Assembly (NCBI RefSeq): GCF_902652985.1
Contig: NC_047025.1
Location: forward strand, 43,586,001-43,650,000
From: Pecten maximus
Taxonomy: Eukaryota
Length of the DNA: 64,000 nucleotides
Direction of reading: 5' to 3'
Position numbers and translations under genes: made by a program. The notes under the pieces were generated by a model. That model made no database searches, was not told where the DNA came from, and saw only the letters and a list, made by a program, of their open reading frames with translations. Positions 22,901 through 36,512 of the stretch are shown piece by piece (position 1 is the stretch's first letter; each line of letters opens with the position of its first letter).

Positions 22901-24600
22901 TACTACAGATCCCCACCAATACCCATATATCAGGGTTACTACAGATCCCCACCAATACCCATGTGTCAGGGTTACTACAGATCCTCAATGATACCCATGT
23001 GTCAGGGTTACTACAGATCCCCACCAATACCCATGTATCGGGGTTACTACAGATCCTCACTGATACCCATGTGTCGGGGTTACTACAGATCCTCACCAAT
23101 ACCCATGTGTCAGGGTTACTACAGATCCCCACCAATACCCATGTGTCAGGGTTACTACACACCCTCACCAATACCCATGTGTCAGGGTTACTACAGATCC
23201 CCACCAATACCCATGTGTCAGGGTTACTACACACCCTCACCAATACCCATGTATCAGGGTTACTACAGATCCTCACCAATACCCATGTGTCAGGGTTACT
23301 ACAGATACCCACCAATACCCATGTGTCAGGGTTACTACAGATCCTCACCAATACCCATGTGTCAGGGTTACTACAGATCCTCACCAATACCCATGTGTCA
23401 AGGTTACTACAGATCCCCACCAATACCCATGTGTCAGGGTTACTACACACCCTCACCAATACCCATGTGTCAGGGTTACTACAGATCCTCACCAATACCC
23501 ATGTGTCAGGGTTACTACAGATCCTCACCGATACCCATGTGTCAGGGTTACTACAGATCCTCACCAATACCCATGTGTCAGGGTTACTACAGATCCTCAC
23601 CAATACCCATGTGTCAGGGTTACTACAGATCCTCACCAATACCCATGTGTCAGGGTTACTACAGATCCTCACCAATACCCATGTGTCAGGGTTACTACAT
23701 ATCCTCATCAATTCCCATGTGTCAGGGTTACTACAGATTCTCACCAATACCCATGTGTCAGGGTTACTACAGATCCCCACCAATACCCATATATCAGGGT
23801 TACTACAGATCCTCACCAATACCCATGTGTCAGGGTTACTACAGATCCTCACCAATACCCATGTGTCAGGGTTACTACAGATCCCCACCAATACCCATAT
23901 ATCAGGGTTACTACAGATCCTCACTGATACCCATGTTTCAGGGCTACTACAGATCCCCACCAATACCCATGTGTCAGGGTTACTACAGATCCCCACCAAT
24001 ACCCATGTGTCAGGGTTACTACAGATCCCCACCAATATCTATATATCAGGGTTACTACAGATCCTCACCAATACTCATGTGTCAGGGTTACTACAGATCC
24101 TCACCAATACTCATGTGTCAGGGTTACTACAGATCGCCACCAATACCCATGTGTCAGGGTTACTACAGATCCTCACCAATACCCATGTGTCAGGGTTACT
24201 ACAGATCCTCACCAATACCCATGTGTCAGGGTTACTACAGATCCTCACCAATACCCATGTGTCAGGGTTACTACAGATCCCCACCAATACCCATGTGTCA
24301 GGGTTACTACACACCCTCACCAATACCCATGTGTCAGGGTTACTACAGATCCCCACCAATACCCATGTGTCAGGGTTACTACAGATCCTCACCAATACTC
24401 ATGTGTCAGGGTTACTACAGATCGCCACCAATACCCATGTGTCAGGGTTACTACACACCCTCACCAATACCCATGTGTCAGGGTTACTACAGATCCTCAC
24501 TGATACCCATGTGTCAGGGTTACTACAGATCCTCACCAATACCCATGTGTCAGGGTTACTACAGATCCTCACCAATACCCATGTGTCAGGGTTACTACAG
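19990..24600. repeat. Minisatellite, 36-bp unit (ATGTGTCAGGGTTACTACAGATCCYCACCAATACCC), ~128 copies
   Basis: Direct periodicity. The unit is stop-free in several frames, which creates the spurious 500-1600 aa ORFs. Confidence 0.96.
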
Positions 24601-24716
24601 GGGGCCGCGGTGGCAGAGTGGTTAAGGTGTCCCGACACTTTAACACTAATAGCCCTCCATCTCTGTGTTACGACTTCGAAACCTACATGGTGCAGTTGCT
24701 AGGTTACCATAGGCCG
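24601..24716 (+). mobile_element. 5' half of a tRNA-derived SINE (counterpart of 52319-52543); 3' half missing or mis-assembled
   Basis: GGGGCCGCGGTGGCAGAGTGGTTAAGGTG... matches the 52319 copy and then runs into noisy repeat sequence. Confidence 0.8.
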
Positions 24717-27700
24717 TTAAAGGGGGCTGAAGGTTGGTCCACCAAAAAGGGAGGGCTGACGGTTTTTGTACCACCAGTTAAAGGGGGCCAGGTCTTACCC
24801 CCATTAAAGGAGGGGACAGGTTGTACCACCGTTAAAGGGGGGGTGACGAAAAAAAAACTGTACCACCAGATAAAGGAGGGTGAAGGTCTGTACCACCTAT
24901 AAAGGGAGGGTGCGGGGCTGACCCCCAATAAAGGGAGGGGGCGGGCGTACCACCGTATAAGGGGGGGTTGGGGGCCCCCTTTGGGGGGGGAACCACCATT
25001 TTACGGGAGGGTGACAGGTCTGTACCACCAGTATAAAAGGGGGGGTGAAAGGTCTTACCAACCCGTATAAGGAGGGGGACAGGTCTGACCACCAGTAAAG
25101 GGGGGGTGATAGTCGTCCCCATATAAAGGGGGGGGTGACAGTTGTACCACCAATAAAGGGAGGGTGACAGTCTTACCACTAGTTAAAGGGAGGGTGACAG
25201 GTCTGTACCACCAAGGTAAAGGCAGGGTTGACAGGTCTGTACCACCATTAATAAGGGAGGGTGACATGTCGTACCACCAGTATAAAGGAGGGTGACAGGT
25301 CTCTGTACCACCATTATAAAGGGAGGGTGACAGGTCTGTACCACCAGTATAAAGGGAGGGGTGATCAGGTCTGTACCACCAGTATAAAGGGAGGGTGACA
25401 GGTCTGTACCACCATATTAAAGGGAGGGTGACAGGTCTGTACCACCAGTATAAAGGGAGGGGTGACAGGTCCTGTACCACCATTATAAAGGGAGGGTGAC
25501 AGGTCCTGTACCACCATTATAAAGGGAGGGTGACAGGTCTGTACCACCATGTATAAAGGGAGGGGTGACAGGTCTGTACCACCAGTCTAAAGGGAGGGGT
25601 GACAGGTCTCGTACCACCATTATAAAGGGAGGGTGGACAGGTCTGTACCACCAGTATAAGGGAGGGTGACAGGTCTGTACCACCCAGTATAAAGGGAGGG
25701 TGACAGGTCTGTACCACCAGTATAAAGGAAGGGGTGACAGGTCTCTGTACCACCAGTATAAAGGCAGGGTGACAGGTCTCTGTACCACCATTATAAAGGG
25801 AGGGTGCCAGGTCTGTACAACCAGTATAAAGGGAGGGTGACAGGTCTGTACCACCAGTATCAAGGGAGGGTGACAGGTCTGCACAACCAGTATAAAGGGA
25901 GGGGTGACAGGTCTATGTATCACCAGTATAAAGGGAGGGTGACAGGTCTGTACCACCAGTATAAAGGGAGGGTGACAGATCTGTACCACCAGTATAAAGG
26001 GAGGATGACAAGTATGTACCACCAGTATAAAGGGAGGGGTGACAGGTCTGTACCACCAGTATAAAGGGAGGGGTGACAGATCTGTACCACCATTATAAAG
26101 GGAGGGTAGACAGGTCTGTACCACCAGTATAAAGGGAGGGTGACAGGTCTGTACCACCAGTATAAAGGGAGGGTGACAGGTCTCTGTACCACCAGTATAA
26201 AGGGAGGGGTGTCAAGTCTCTGTATCACCAGTATAAAGGGAGGGGTGACAGGTCTCTGTACCACCAGTATAAAGGGAGGGTGACAGGTCTCTGTACCACC
26301 ATTATAAAGGGAGGGTGCCAGGTCTGTACAACCAGTATAAAGGGAGGGTGACAGGTCTGTACCACCAGTATCAAGGGAGGGTGACAGGTCTGCACAACCA
26401 GTATAAAGGGAGGGGTGACAGGTCTATGTATCACCAGTATAAAGGGAGGGTGACAGGTCTGTACCACCAGTATAAAGGGAGGGTGACAGATCTGTACCAC
26501 CAGTATAAAGGGAGGATGACAAGTATGTACCACCAGTATAAAGGGAGGGGTGACAGGTCTGTACCACCAGTATAAAGGGAGGGGTGTCAGGTCTGTACCA
26601 CCAGTATAAAGGGAGGGCGACAGGTCTGTACCACCATTATAAAGGGAGGGTGACAGGTCTGTACCACCATTATAAAGGGAGGGCTGACAGGTCTGTACCA
26701 CCATTATAAAGGTGACAGGTCTCTGTACCACCATTATAAAGGGAGGGTGACAGATCTGTACCACCAGTATAAAGGGAGGAGTGACAGGTCTGTACCACCA
26801 GTATAAAGGGAGGGTGACAGGTCTGTACCATCTTTATAAAGGGAGGGCTGACAGGTCTGTACCACCAGTATAAAGGGAGGGCTGACAGGTCTGTATCACC
26901 AGTATAAAGGGAGAGGTGTCGGGTCTGTACCACCAGTATAAAGGGAGGGGTGGCCGGTCTCTGTACCACCATTATACAGGGAGGGTGACAGGTCTGTATC
27001 ACCAGTATAAAGGGAGGGGTGACAGGTCTGTACCACCAGTATACAGGGAGGGTGACAGGTCTGTAACACCAGTATAAAGGGAGGGGTGACAGGTCTCTGT
27101 ACCACCAGTATAAAGGGAGGGTGACAGGTCTCTGTACCACCAGTATAAAGGGAGGGGTGACAGGTCTGTACCACCATTATACAGGGAGGGTGACAGGTCT
27201 GTACCACCAGTATAAAGGGAGGGGTGACAGGTCTGTATCACCAGTATAAAGGGAGGGGTGACAGGTCTCTGTACCACCAGTATACAGGGAGGGGTGACGG
27301 GTCTGTACCACCAGTATAAAGGGAGGGGTGACAGATCTGTATCACCAGTATAAAGGCAAGGGTGTCAGGTCTGTACCACCATTATTAAGGGAGGGTGACA
27401 GGTCTGTACCACCAGTATAAAGGGAGGGTGACAGGTCTCTGTACCACCATTATACAGGGCGGGTGACAGGTCTGTACCACCAGAATAAAGGGAGGGTGAC
27501 AGATCTGTACCACCAGTATAAAGGGAGGATGACAGGTCTCTGTACCACCATTATAAAGGGAGGGTGACAGGTCTGTACCACCAGTATAAAGGGAGGGGTG
27601 TCAGGTCTGTACCACCAGTATAAAGGGAGGGCGACAGGTCTGTACCACCAGTATAAAGGGAGGGTGACAGGTCTGTACCACCATTTTAAAGGGAGGGCTG

Positions 27701-30700
27701 ACAGGTCTGTACCACCATTATAAAGGGAGGGGTGACAGGTCTCTGTACCACCATTATAAAGGGAGGGTGACAGGTCTGTACCACCAGTATAAAGGGAGGG
27801 TGACAGGTCTGTACCACCAGTATAAAGGGAGGGTGACAGGTCTGTACCACCATTATAAAGGGAGGGTGACAGGTCTGTACCACCAGTATAAAGAGAGGGG
27901 TGTCAGGTCTGTACCACCAGTATAAAGGGAGGGCTGACAGGTCTGTATCGCCAGTATAAAGGGAGAGGTGTCGGGGTCTGTACCACCAGTATAAAGGGAG
28001 GGTGACAGGTCTGTATCACCAGTATAAAGGGAGGGCTGACAGGTCTGTATCACCAGTATAAAGGGAGGGGTGACAGGTCTGTACCACCATTATAAAGGGA
28101 GGGCTGACAGGTCTGTACCACCATTATAAAGGGAGGGCTGACAGGTCTCTGTACCACCATTATAAAGGGAGGGTGACAGGTCTGTACCACCAGTATAAAG
28201 GAAGGGGTGACAGGTCTGTACCACCAGTATAAAGGGAGGGTGACAGGTCTGTACCACCATTATAAAGGGAGGGCTGACAGGTCTGTACCACCATTATAAA
28301 GGGAGGGTGACAGGTCTGTACCACCATTATAAAGGGAGGGCTGACAGGTCTGTACCACCATTATAAAGGTGACAGGTCTCTGTACCACCATTATAAAGGG
28401 AGGGTGACAGATCTGTTCCACCAGTATAAAGGGAGGAGTGACAGGGCTGTACCACCCGATAAAGGGGGGGTGACAGGTCTGACCACTTTAAAAGGGGGGG
28501 CTCAGGGGCGTACCACCATATAAAGGGGGGGCTGCATCTTTTCAGCATAAAAGGGAGGTTGCGGGTCTGTACCACCCTATAAAGGGGGGGTGGGCCGGTC
28601 TCTTACCACCATTATACAGGGGGTGAAGGGGCTGATCACCATAAAAGGGAGGGGTGACAGGGCTGTAACCCCCATAACGGGGGTTCCGGGCTGTAACACC
28701 CTATAAAGGGAGGGGGGAAGGCTCTGACCACCAGATAAAAGGGGGTACGTCTCTGTACCACCAGTAATAAAAGGGGGGGGTGACAGGTCGTACCCCCTTT
28801 TAAAAGGGGGGGTGAAGTCTGTACCACCCCGTTAAAGGGGGGGGTGCAGGTCTGTATCACCAGTAAAAGGGGGGGGTGACTCTCTGTACCACCAAACGGG
28901 AGGGTGACGGGCTTTCCCCCATTAAAGGGGGGTACGATTTTTTCCCCGAAAGGCAAGGTGTCAGGTCTGTACCCCTTATTGGGGGGTGAAGGGCTGTACC
29001 CCATTTTTTAAGGAGGGGCAGTCTCGTCCACCATTAACAGGGCGGGTGCAGGTCGTACCAAACCCGTAAAGGGGGGGGACAGGTTGTCCCCCAAAAAAAG
29101 GGGGGGTGACAGGTTGCCACCAATAAGGGAGGGGGACGGCTGTACCACCATATAAGGAGGGTGATAGGTCTTACCACCCGTAAAAAGGGGGGGGGACAGG
29201 TCTGTCCACCCGTAAAAGGGAGGGGTGACAGGTCGTCCACCAGATAAAGGGGGGTGACAGGTCCTGTCCCCCATAAAAGGGGGGACGGTCTTCCCCCATT
29301 TAAAAGGGGGGGTGCAGGGCTGTACCCCCGTAGAAGGGGGGGGGGGACAGGCTTGTACTTTTCACCCCATTATACGGGAGGGGGACAGGTCTGTACCACC
29401 AGTTAAAAAAGGGGGCGACAGGTCTTACACCAGTAAAAGGGGGGGGTGACAGGTCTGTACCACCAGTATAAAGGGAGGGTGACAGGTCTGTACCACCAGT
29501 ATAAAGGGAGGGGTGACAGGTCTGTACCACCAGTATAAAGGGAGGGGTGACAGGTCTGTGCCACCAGTATAAAGGGAGGGGTGACAGGTCTCTGTACCAC
29601 CAGTATAAAGGGAGGGGTGACAGATCTGTACCACCAGTATAAAGGGAGGGTGACAGGTCTGTACCACCAGTATAAAGGGAGGGTGACAGGTCTGTACCAC
29701 CAGTATAAAGGGAGGGTGACAGGTCTCTGTACCACCAGTATAAAGGGAGGGGTGTCAGGTCTCTGTATCACCAGTATAAAGGGAAGGGGTGACAGTCTCT
29801 GTACCACCAGTATAAAGGGCAGGGGTGACAGGTCTCTGTACCACCATTATAAAGGGAGGGTGACAGGTCTGTACCACCAGTATAAAGGGAGGGTGACAGG
29901 TCTGTACCACCAGTATAAAGGGAGGGTGACAGGTCTGTACCACCAGTATAAAGGGAGGGTGACAGGTCTGTATCACCAGTATAAAGGGAGGGTGACAGGT
30001 CTGTACCACCAGTATAAAGGGAGGGTGACAGGTCTGTACCACCAGTATAAAGGGAGGGGTGACAGGTCTGTACCACCAGTATAAGGGAGGGTGACAGGTC
30101 TGTACCACCAGTATAAAGGGAGGGGTGACAGTATCTGTACCACCATTATAAAGGGAGGGTGACAGGTCTGTACCAACCAGTATAAAGGCAGGGTGACAGG
30201 TCTCTGTACCACCAGTATAAAGGGAGGGTGACAGGTCTCTGTACCACCATTATAAAGGGAGGGTGTACAGGTCTTGTATCACCAGTATAAAGGGAGGGGT
30301 GACAGGTCTGTACCACCAGTATAAAGGGAGGGTGACAGGTCTCTGTACCACCATTATAAAGGGAGGGTGCCAGGTCTGTACCACCAGTATAAAGGGAGGG
30401 TGACAGGTCTGTACCACCAGTATAAAGGGAGGGTGACAGGTCTGTGCCACCAGTATAAAGGGAGGGGTGACAGGTCTCTGTACCACCAGTATAAAGGGAG
30501 GGGTGACAGGTCTGTACCACCAGTATAAAGGGAGGGCTGACAGGTCTGTACCACCATTATAAAGGGAGGGGTGACAGGTCTGTACCACCAGTATAAAGGA
30601 AGGGGTGACAGGTCTGTACCACCAGTATAAAGGGAGGGTGACAGGTCTGTACCACCATTATAAAGGGAGGGCTGACAGGTCTTGTACCACCATTATAAAG

Positions 30701-33630
30701 GGAGGGTGACAGGTCTGTACCACCATTATAAAGGGAGGGCTGACAGGTCTGTACCACCATTATAAAGGGAGGTGACAGGTCTCTGTTCCACCAGTATAAA
30801 GGGAGGGTGACAGGTCTGTTCCACCAGTATAAAGGGAGGAGTGACAGGTCTGTACCATCATTATAAAGGGAGGGCGGACAGGTCTGTACCACCAGTATAA
30901 AGGGAGGGCTGACAGGTCTGTATCAGCAGTATAAAGGGAGAGGTGTCGGGTCTGTACCACCAGTATAAAGGGAGGGGTGCCCGGTCTCTGTACCACCATT
31001 ATACAGGGAGGGGTGGACAGGTCTCTGTATCACCAGTATAAAGGGAGGGTGACAGGTCTGTACCACCAGTATACAGGGAGGGTGACAGGTCTGTAACACC
31101 AGTATAAAGGGAGGGGTGACAGGTCTCTGTACCACCAGTATAAAGGGAGGGTGACAGGTCTCTGTACCACCAGTATAAAGGGAGGGGTGACAGGTCTGTA
31201 CCACCATTATACAGGGAGGGTGACAGGTCTGTACCACCAGTATAAAGGGAGGGGTGACAGGTCTGTATCACCAGTATAAAGGGAGGGGTGACAGGTCTCT
31301 GTACCACCAGTATACAGGGAGGGGTGACGGGTCTGTACCACCAGTATAAAGGGAGGGGTGACAGATCTGTATCACCAGTATAAAGGCAAGGGTGTCAGGT
31401 CTGTACCACCATTATTAAGGGAGGGTGACAGGTCTGTACCACCAGTATAAAGGGAGGGTGACAGGTCTCTGTACCACCATTATACAGGGCGGGTGACAGG
31501 TCTGTACCACCAGTATAAAGGGAGGGGTGACAGGTCTGTACCACCAGAATAAAGGGAGGGTGACAGATCTGTACCACCAGTATAAAGGGAGGATGACAGG
31601 TCTCTGTACCACCATTATAAAGGGAGGGTGACAGGTCTGTACCACCAGTTAAAGGGGGGGTTCAGGTCGACCACCCTTTTAAAAAGGGGGGGCGACAGGT
31701 CTGTACCCCGTATAAAGGGAGGGGGACGGGTTTTCCCCCAATTTTAAAAGGGAGGGCTGACAGGTCTGACCACCCTTTAAAAGGAGGGGGGGAAGGTCTC
31801 GTCCACCATTTTAAAGGAGGGGGAAGGTCTGTACCACCATTAAAGGGGGTGACAGGTTGTACCACCTTAAAAAGGGGGGTGACAGGTCTGTACCACCATT
31901 ATAAAGGGAGGGTGCAGGTTTTTGTACCACCCGAAAAGAGGGGTGTAGGGCTGTACCACCAGATAAAAGGGGGGCTGACAGGGGGGCTGTATCCCAGTAA
32001 AAGGGAGGTGTGGGGTCTGTACCACCCCTTAAAGGGAGGGTGCGGTTTTTATACCATATAAAGGGAGGGCTGAAGGTCGTATCACCGTATAAAAGGGGGG
32101 ACAGGGCTGTACCACCATTATAAAGGGAGGGCTGACAGGTCTGTACCACCATTATAAGGGAGGGCTGACAGGTCTCTGTACCACCATTATAAAGGAGGGT
32201 GACAGGTCTGTACCACCAGTATAAGAAGGGGTGACAGGTCTGTACCACCAGTATAAAGGGAGGGTGGACAGGTCTGTACCACCATTATAAAGGGAGGGCT
32301 GACAGGTCTGTACCACCATTATAAAGGGAGGGTGACAGGTCTGTACACCATTATAAAGGGAGGGCTGACAGTCTGTACCACCATTATAAAGGTGACAGGT
32401 CTCTGTACCACATATAAAGGGAGGGGGACAGAATCTGTTCCACAGTATAAAGGGAGGAGTGACAGGTCTGTACCACCAGTATAAAGGGAGGGTGACAGGT
32501 CTTTACCATCTTATAAAGGGAGGGCTGACAGGTTCTGTACCAACCAGTATAAAGGGAGGGGGCTGACAGGTCTGTATCAGCAGTATAAAGGGGGAGAGGT
32601 GTCGGGTCTGTCCACCAGTATAAAGGGAGGGGTGGCCGGTCTCTGTACCACCATTATAAAGGGAGGGCTGACAGGTCTGCTACCCACCATTATAAAGTGG
32701 AGGGCTGACAGGGTCTCTGTACCACCATTATAAAGGGAGGGTGACAGGTCTGTACCACCAGTAATAAGGGAAGGGGTGACAGGTCTGTACCACCAGTATT
32801 AAGGAGGGATGTGACAGGTCTGTACCACCATTATAAAGGGAGGGCTGACCAGGTCCTTGGTACCAACCAGTATAAAAAGGGAGGGTGGACAGGTCTGTAC
32901 CACCAGTTATAAAGGGAGGGAGGGGCGACAGGTCTCTGTACCACCAGTATAAAGGGAGAGTGACAGGTCTGCACCACCAGTATAAAGGGAGGGTGACAGA
33001 TCTGTACTACCAGTATAAAGGGAGGGGTGACAGGTCTGTACCACCAGTATAAAGGGAGGGGTGTCAGGTCTGTACCACAAGTATAAAGGGAGGGGTGACA
33101 GGTCTGTACCACCAGTATAAAGGAAGGGGTGTCAGGTCTGTACCACCAGTATAAAGGGAGAGGTGTCAGGTCTGTACCACCAGTATAAAGGGAGGGCTGA
33201 CAGGTCTGTATAACCAGTATAAAGGGAGGGGTGACAGGTCTCTGTACCACCATTATAAAGGGAGGGGCGACAGGTCTGTACCAGCAGTATAAAGGGAGGG
33301 CTGACAGGTCTGTACCACCAGTATAAAGGGAGGGGCGACAGGTCTCTGTACCACCAGTATAAAGGAAGGGGCGACAGGTCTGTACCACCAGTATAAAGGG
33401 AGGGGTGACAGATCTGTACCACCAGTATAAAGGGAGGGCTGACAGGTCTCTGTACCACCAGTATAAAGGGAGGGGCTACAGGTCTCTGTACCACCAGTAT
33501 AAAGGGAGGGTGACAGGTCTGTACCACCAGTATAAAGGGAGGGGCTACAGGTCTATGTACCACCAGTATAAAGGGAGGGTGACAGGTCTGTACCACCAGT
33601 ATAAAGGGAGGGGCGACAGGTCTGTACCAC
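24717..33630. repeat. G-rich minisatellite, 33-36-bp unit (GGGAGGG(G)TGACAGGTC(TC)TGTACCACCAGTATAAA), with error-ridden stretches
   Basis: Direct periodicity. Internal block duplications (511-bp offset 25804/26315; ~4 kb offset 27348/31378). Degraded zones at ~24720-25200, 28430-29450 and 31650-32100. Confidence 0.93.
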
Positions 33631-35069
33631 TTATAACAACTAACAACCCTTGATATCCAGCTGTACTTTTTTTATGAAAAAACCCAAAAAAAATTCTATA
33701 ATAAGTGCTCCACACATTAATTCTTATTTATATATTGTGAAACGAGTCAACCCCCCACTAAACCTGTAGTGGACCAGGGGAGACGACTCGCAAGAAATAC
33801 CGGTCAGGACACTAAATGGGTCAAGCCCGCCTGGCAATCTATACCCCTTGTACCTTTTAGTATAGGGATACTTTTATAAGATTAAAGTTAAAACTATACA
33901 TGGAGATAACTAATCCTGTGGCAGAGGAAATAGTTAAGTAATAACTTGTGTTTTCTTTTCTATCATCTCCACAAAATAGCTGGTAATATCTTAAACCAAA
34001 CTTTTTCAATTCTACTTCATCTTCATTTACATTAATCTTATCAGCATCATCGTTTTTTTTTTGTTTTTTTTTATCCCACTTTTTTGGCCAGGACACTAAA
34101 GGACACAGTCCGCCTGGCAACTATAATATCTTTATTATTTTGTTTCATCAAAATGATACCAGACAACTATTCCTGTGGCAGAGGAATTAGTTTATTTTTT
34201 TTAACTGATACATTTTATACGTAGCTATTACGTAATTATTTAAATAAGCTGGGTACATTAGCCCTCACGTAACAATAAATTACTTTTTATAAGTATTAGA
34301 CAGCTAATGATTATTCCTCCTCCTTTTCATGTTAAATCCATTGATTTTTTATTAAACTTCTACTGCCGTTTTTTGTCTGCATTTTCTCATATTATATATC
34401 TTTGATACGCATTCACTAGTATAAGATAAAAAAATAAAATAAAAACCCGCATACACTATAGGGACGCCCCGGACCATCTGTACCTCCAGCAAAGCCCGGC
34501 AAAAGGGCAAGGTACTGTACCTTACGGAAGCAGTGACGTCCTCGACTGTTGGGAGTAACTGGTGGCCTTAGACCCGGGGTACATAACAGACACATTATAT
34601 ATCGCCCCTTATTTGAACAATAACATACGACAATAACTTCACTCTTGAACAAATATATACAACTATCGATATTTTTTGCAAAGATAACTTATAAATATAT
34701 AAAGATAAAGTTTTAACATCAGTATATAGTAAGCCTCTTGGCTCCCTTCGGTCGCCCTCCCACGACAAAAAAACTATAACGTGGGATATTTCTATACCAC
34801 CGTAGAGCGACTGGCGTACATGGGCTCGCCCACAACGCCACACCCCCCACATTGGTTTGGTTTGTTCCACCAGTATAACGGGAGGGGCGACGAGGCTTAA
34901 ATAGCCCCCAGCATAAAACTCAATGCTCACCAAAGACTTAAATTTTCAATGTCATTTTAAAGTTATATGAATATACCAAATCATGTGTTAAAATGGATGT
35001 GAACAGTCAGATTAGGACTGGGGTGGGGTGTCACCTTTCTGTTTTCAATTTACCCCAATGATTTATAAA

Positions 35070-36120
35070 CTTATCCTGTTGAACACAGTTTTGTTATCAG
35101 AGACACCAGGTGATTTATATCAATTATTAAATTAATTTGACCAATATTGTTATACATGGAAACTAGAATTTAATCTCCTAACGGAAAGGTGTACAAATTT
35201 ACCATTTTATATTGTGTTTTATAGAATTAGACATACTTGAAAGATATATATATCTAAGTATATTCTTTAACTTTAATGGTAGTTTTTTAATGTAATCTGA
35301 AATGTAGCTAAGCAAGCTAAGAGCATAAGTCAGTTTTAGCTATTCAAAAGAAACTTTGGAACATATAACTTCCAAATGTCACATGTTGACCTCCAATTGA
35401 AATTATTCGATTCTATTAATTTGCATTCCAGTTTTGTTCAACGCATATTAAATATTGGGGTTTGAAAATACAAACATTTAATTACAAGTCATTTGCAATT
35501 TTGTTAAAACACTGACATTAAGTGATCACGTTTTGACATTACTTAAAAATCTCAAATAAACTATCAAGTAACATGTATACACTAATATATACTTTACAGG
35601 AAACAGGCTCAACGTCGTGTAAATGGCTGTCATACGTTAAAGATATTTTATCTCAATATGGCTTAAACTATGTCTGGATTTACCAATCATTATGTTCTTT
35701 TTCAAGAGATGAAATAAAGAGTCTAGTTAAAAGTAGATTGAAGAATCAGTTTATACATAAATGGTTTCATGATATTGGTAATTCTTCAACAGGACAACCA
35801 TATTCTTTATTTAAGACACAATTTGGCATAGAGCTTAAAGAAAAGGGCAGGAAAAATATCTGTAAATTTTAATCCTCTTATATTAAACTTCCAGTAGAGT
35901 CAGGAATATGGCTTGGTATACCTCGTCACGAGAGAATTTGTAGGTGTATAAATCAGATATTGGTGATGAATATATTACATATTCAAATGTGAACATGAAT
36001 CTGTAATACGCTTGAGAAAGAAATATATTCCAGAATACCACTTTGCTCATCCTAGTCGAGACTAAGTGCAAGGGATAATCAACATATTTATCATTTATAG
36101 ATGTTTAGAGAATCAAAGTT
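35070..36120 (+). mobile_element. Decayed 3' fragment of a LINE ORF2 (CR1/L2-group-like RT end and CCHC zinc finger)
   Basis: Frameshifted remnants: TVLLSETP, YCYTWKL, YLGIFF (copy 2), DLQLKLFDS, WGFEN, WLSYVKDILSQYGLNYVW, RLKNQFIHKW, KLPVESG and DIGDEY.YIFKC. Confidence 0.75.
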
Positions 36121-36512
36121 AATTGATTATAAATTAAAGAGTGTATCAGGCAGTTTAGTGTTCTTAGTAATTATCACAAATATGTATTAATCATCGTATA
36201 GTATCATTGTTATTATCTATCACGTGACCTCAGCTTGGTGACGGTTGCACGTATTCTTTGGTGTATAGCCATGGTCAAACTTACCAGACGTACCCGTATA
36301 TAAACTAGGTATCGGCGTTCCTGTACAGCGTACCTACACGCGCGTGTGAGGCGTTCAGGTGAGTCTATCTCAGTCCCCGGACAAGTCTCTCAGACACGGT
36401 AGAGGAGACACGTGCGTTAATGGGAACCTATCTGTGCAGTATTGCTTGCCTTCTGATCCAAAGAACTGTTGTGGAGGCCTTACTTTACGAGTCAACAAAC
36501 CTCTCCAACAAC

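Noticed and set aside
19897-24702. 1601-aa and overlapping 500-1000-aa ORFs (also 47302-52494), superficially like Pro/Tyr/Cys-rich adhesive or shell-matrix proteins
   Set aside because: They are translations of a 36-bp minisatellite that is open in several frames on both strands. Single-base indels switch frames at different places in the two copies, and there is no signal peptide or splice support.
24832-33653. Dozens of short W/P/Y-rich ORFs on both strands (also 52495-56938 and 15343-17265)
   Set aside because: All are translations of tandem-repeat units.
36300-36440. Strong donor CAG|GTGAGT at 36359 and possible acceptor TGTGCAG at ~36438, suggesting a non-coding first exon
   Set aside because: Plausible but not testable without transcripts, so not annotated.
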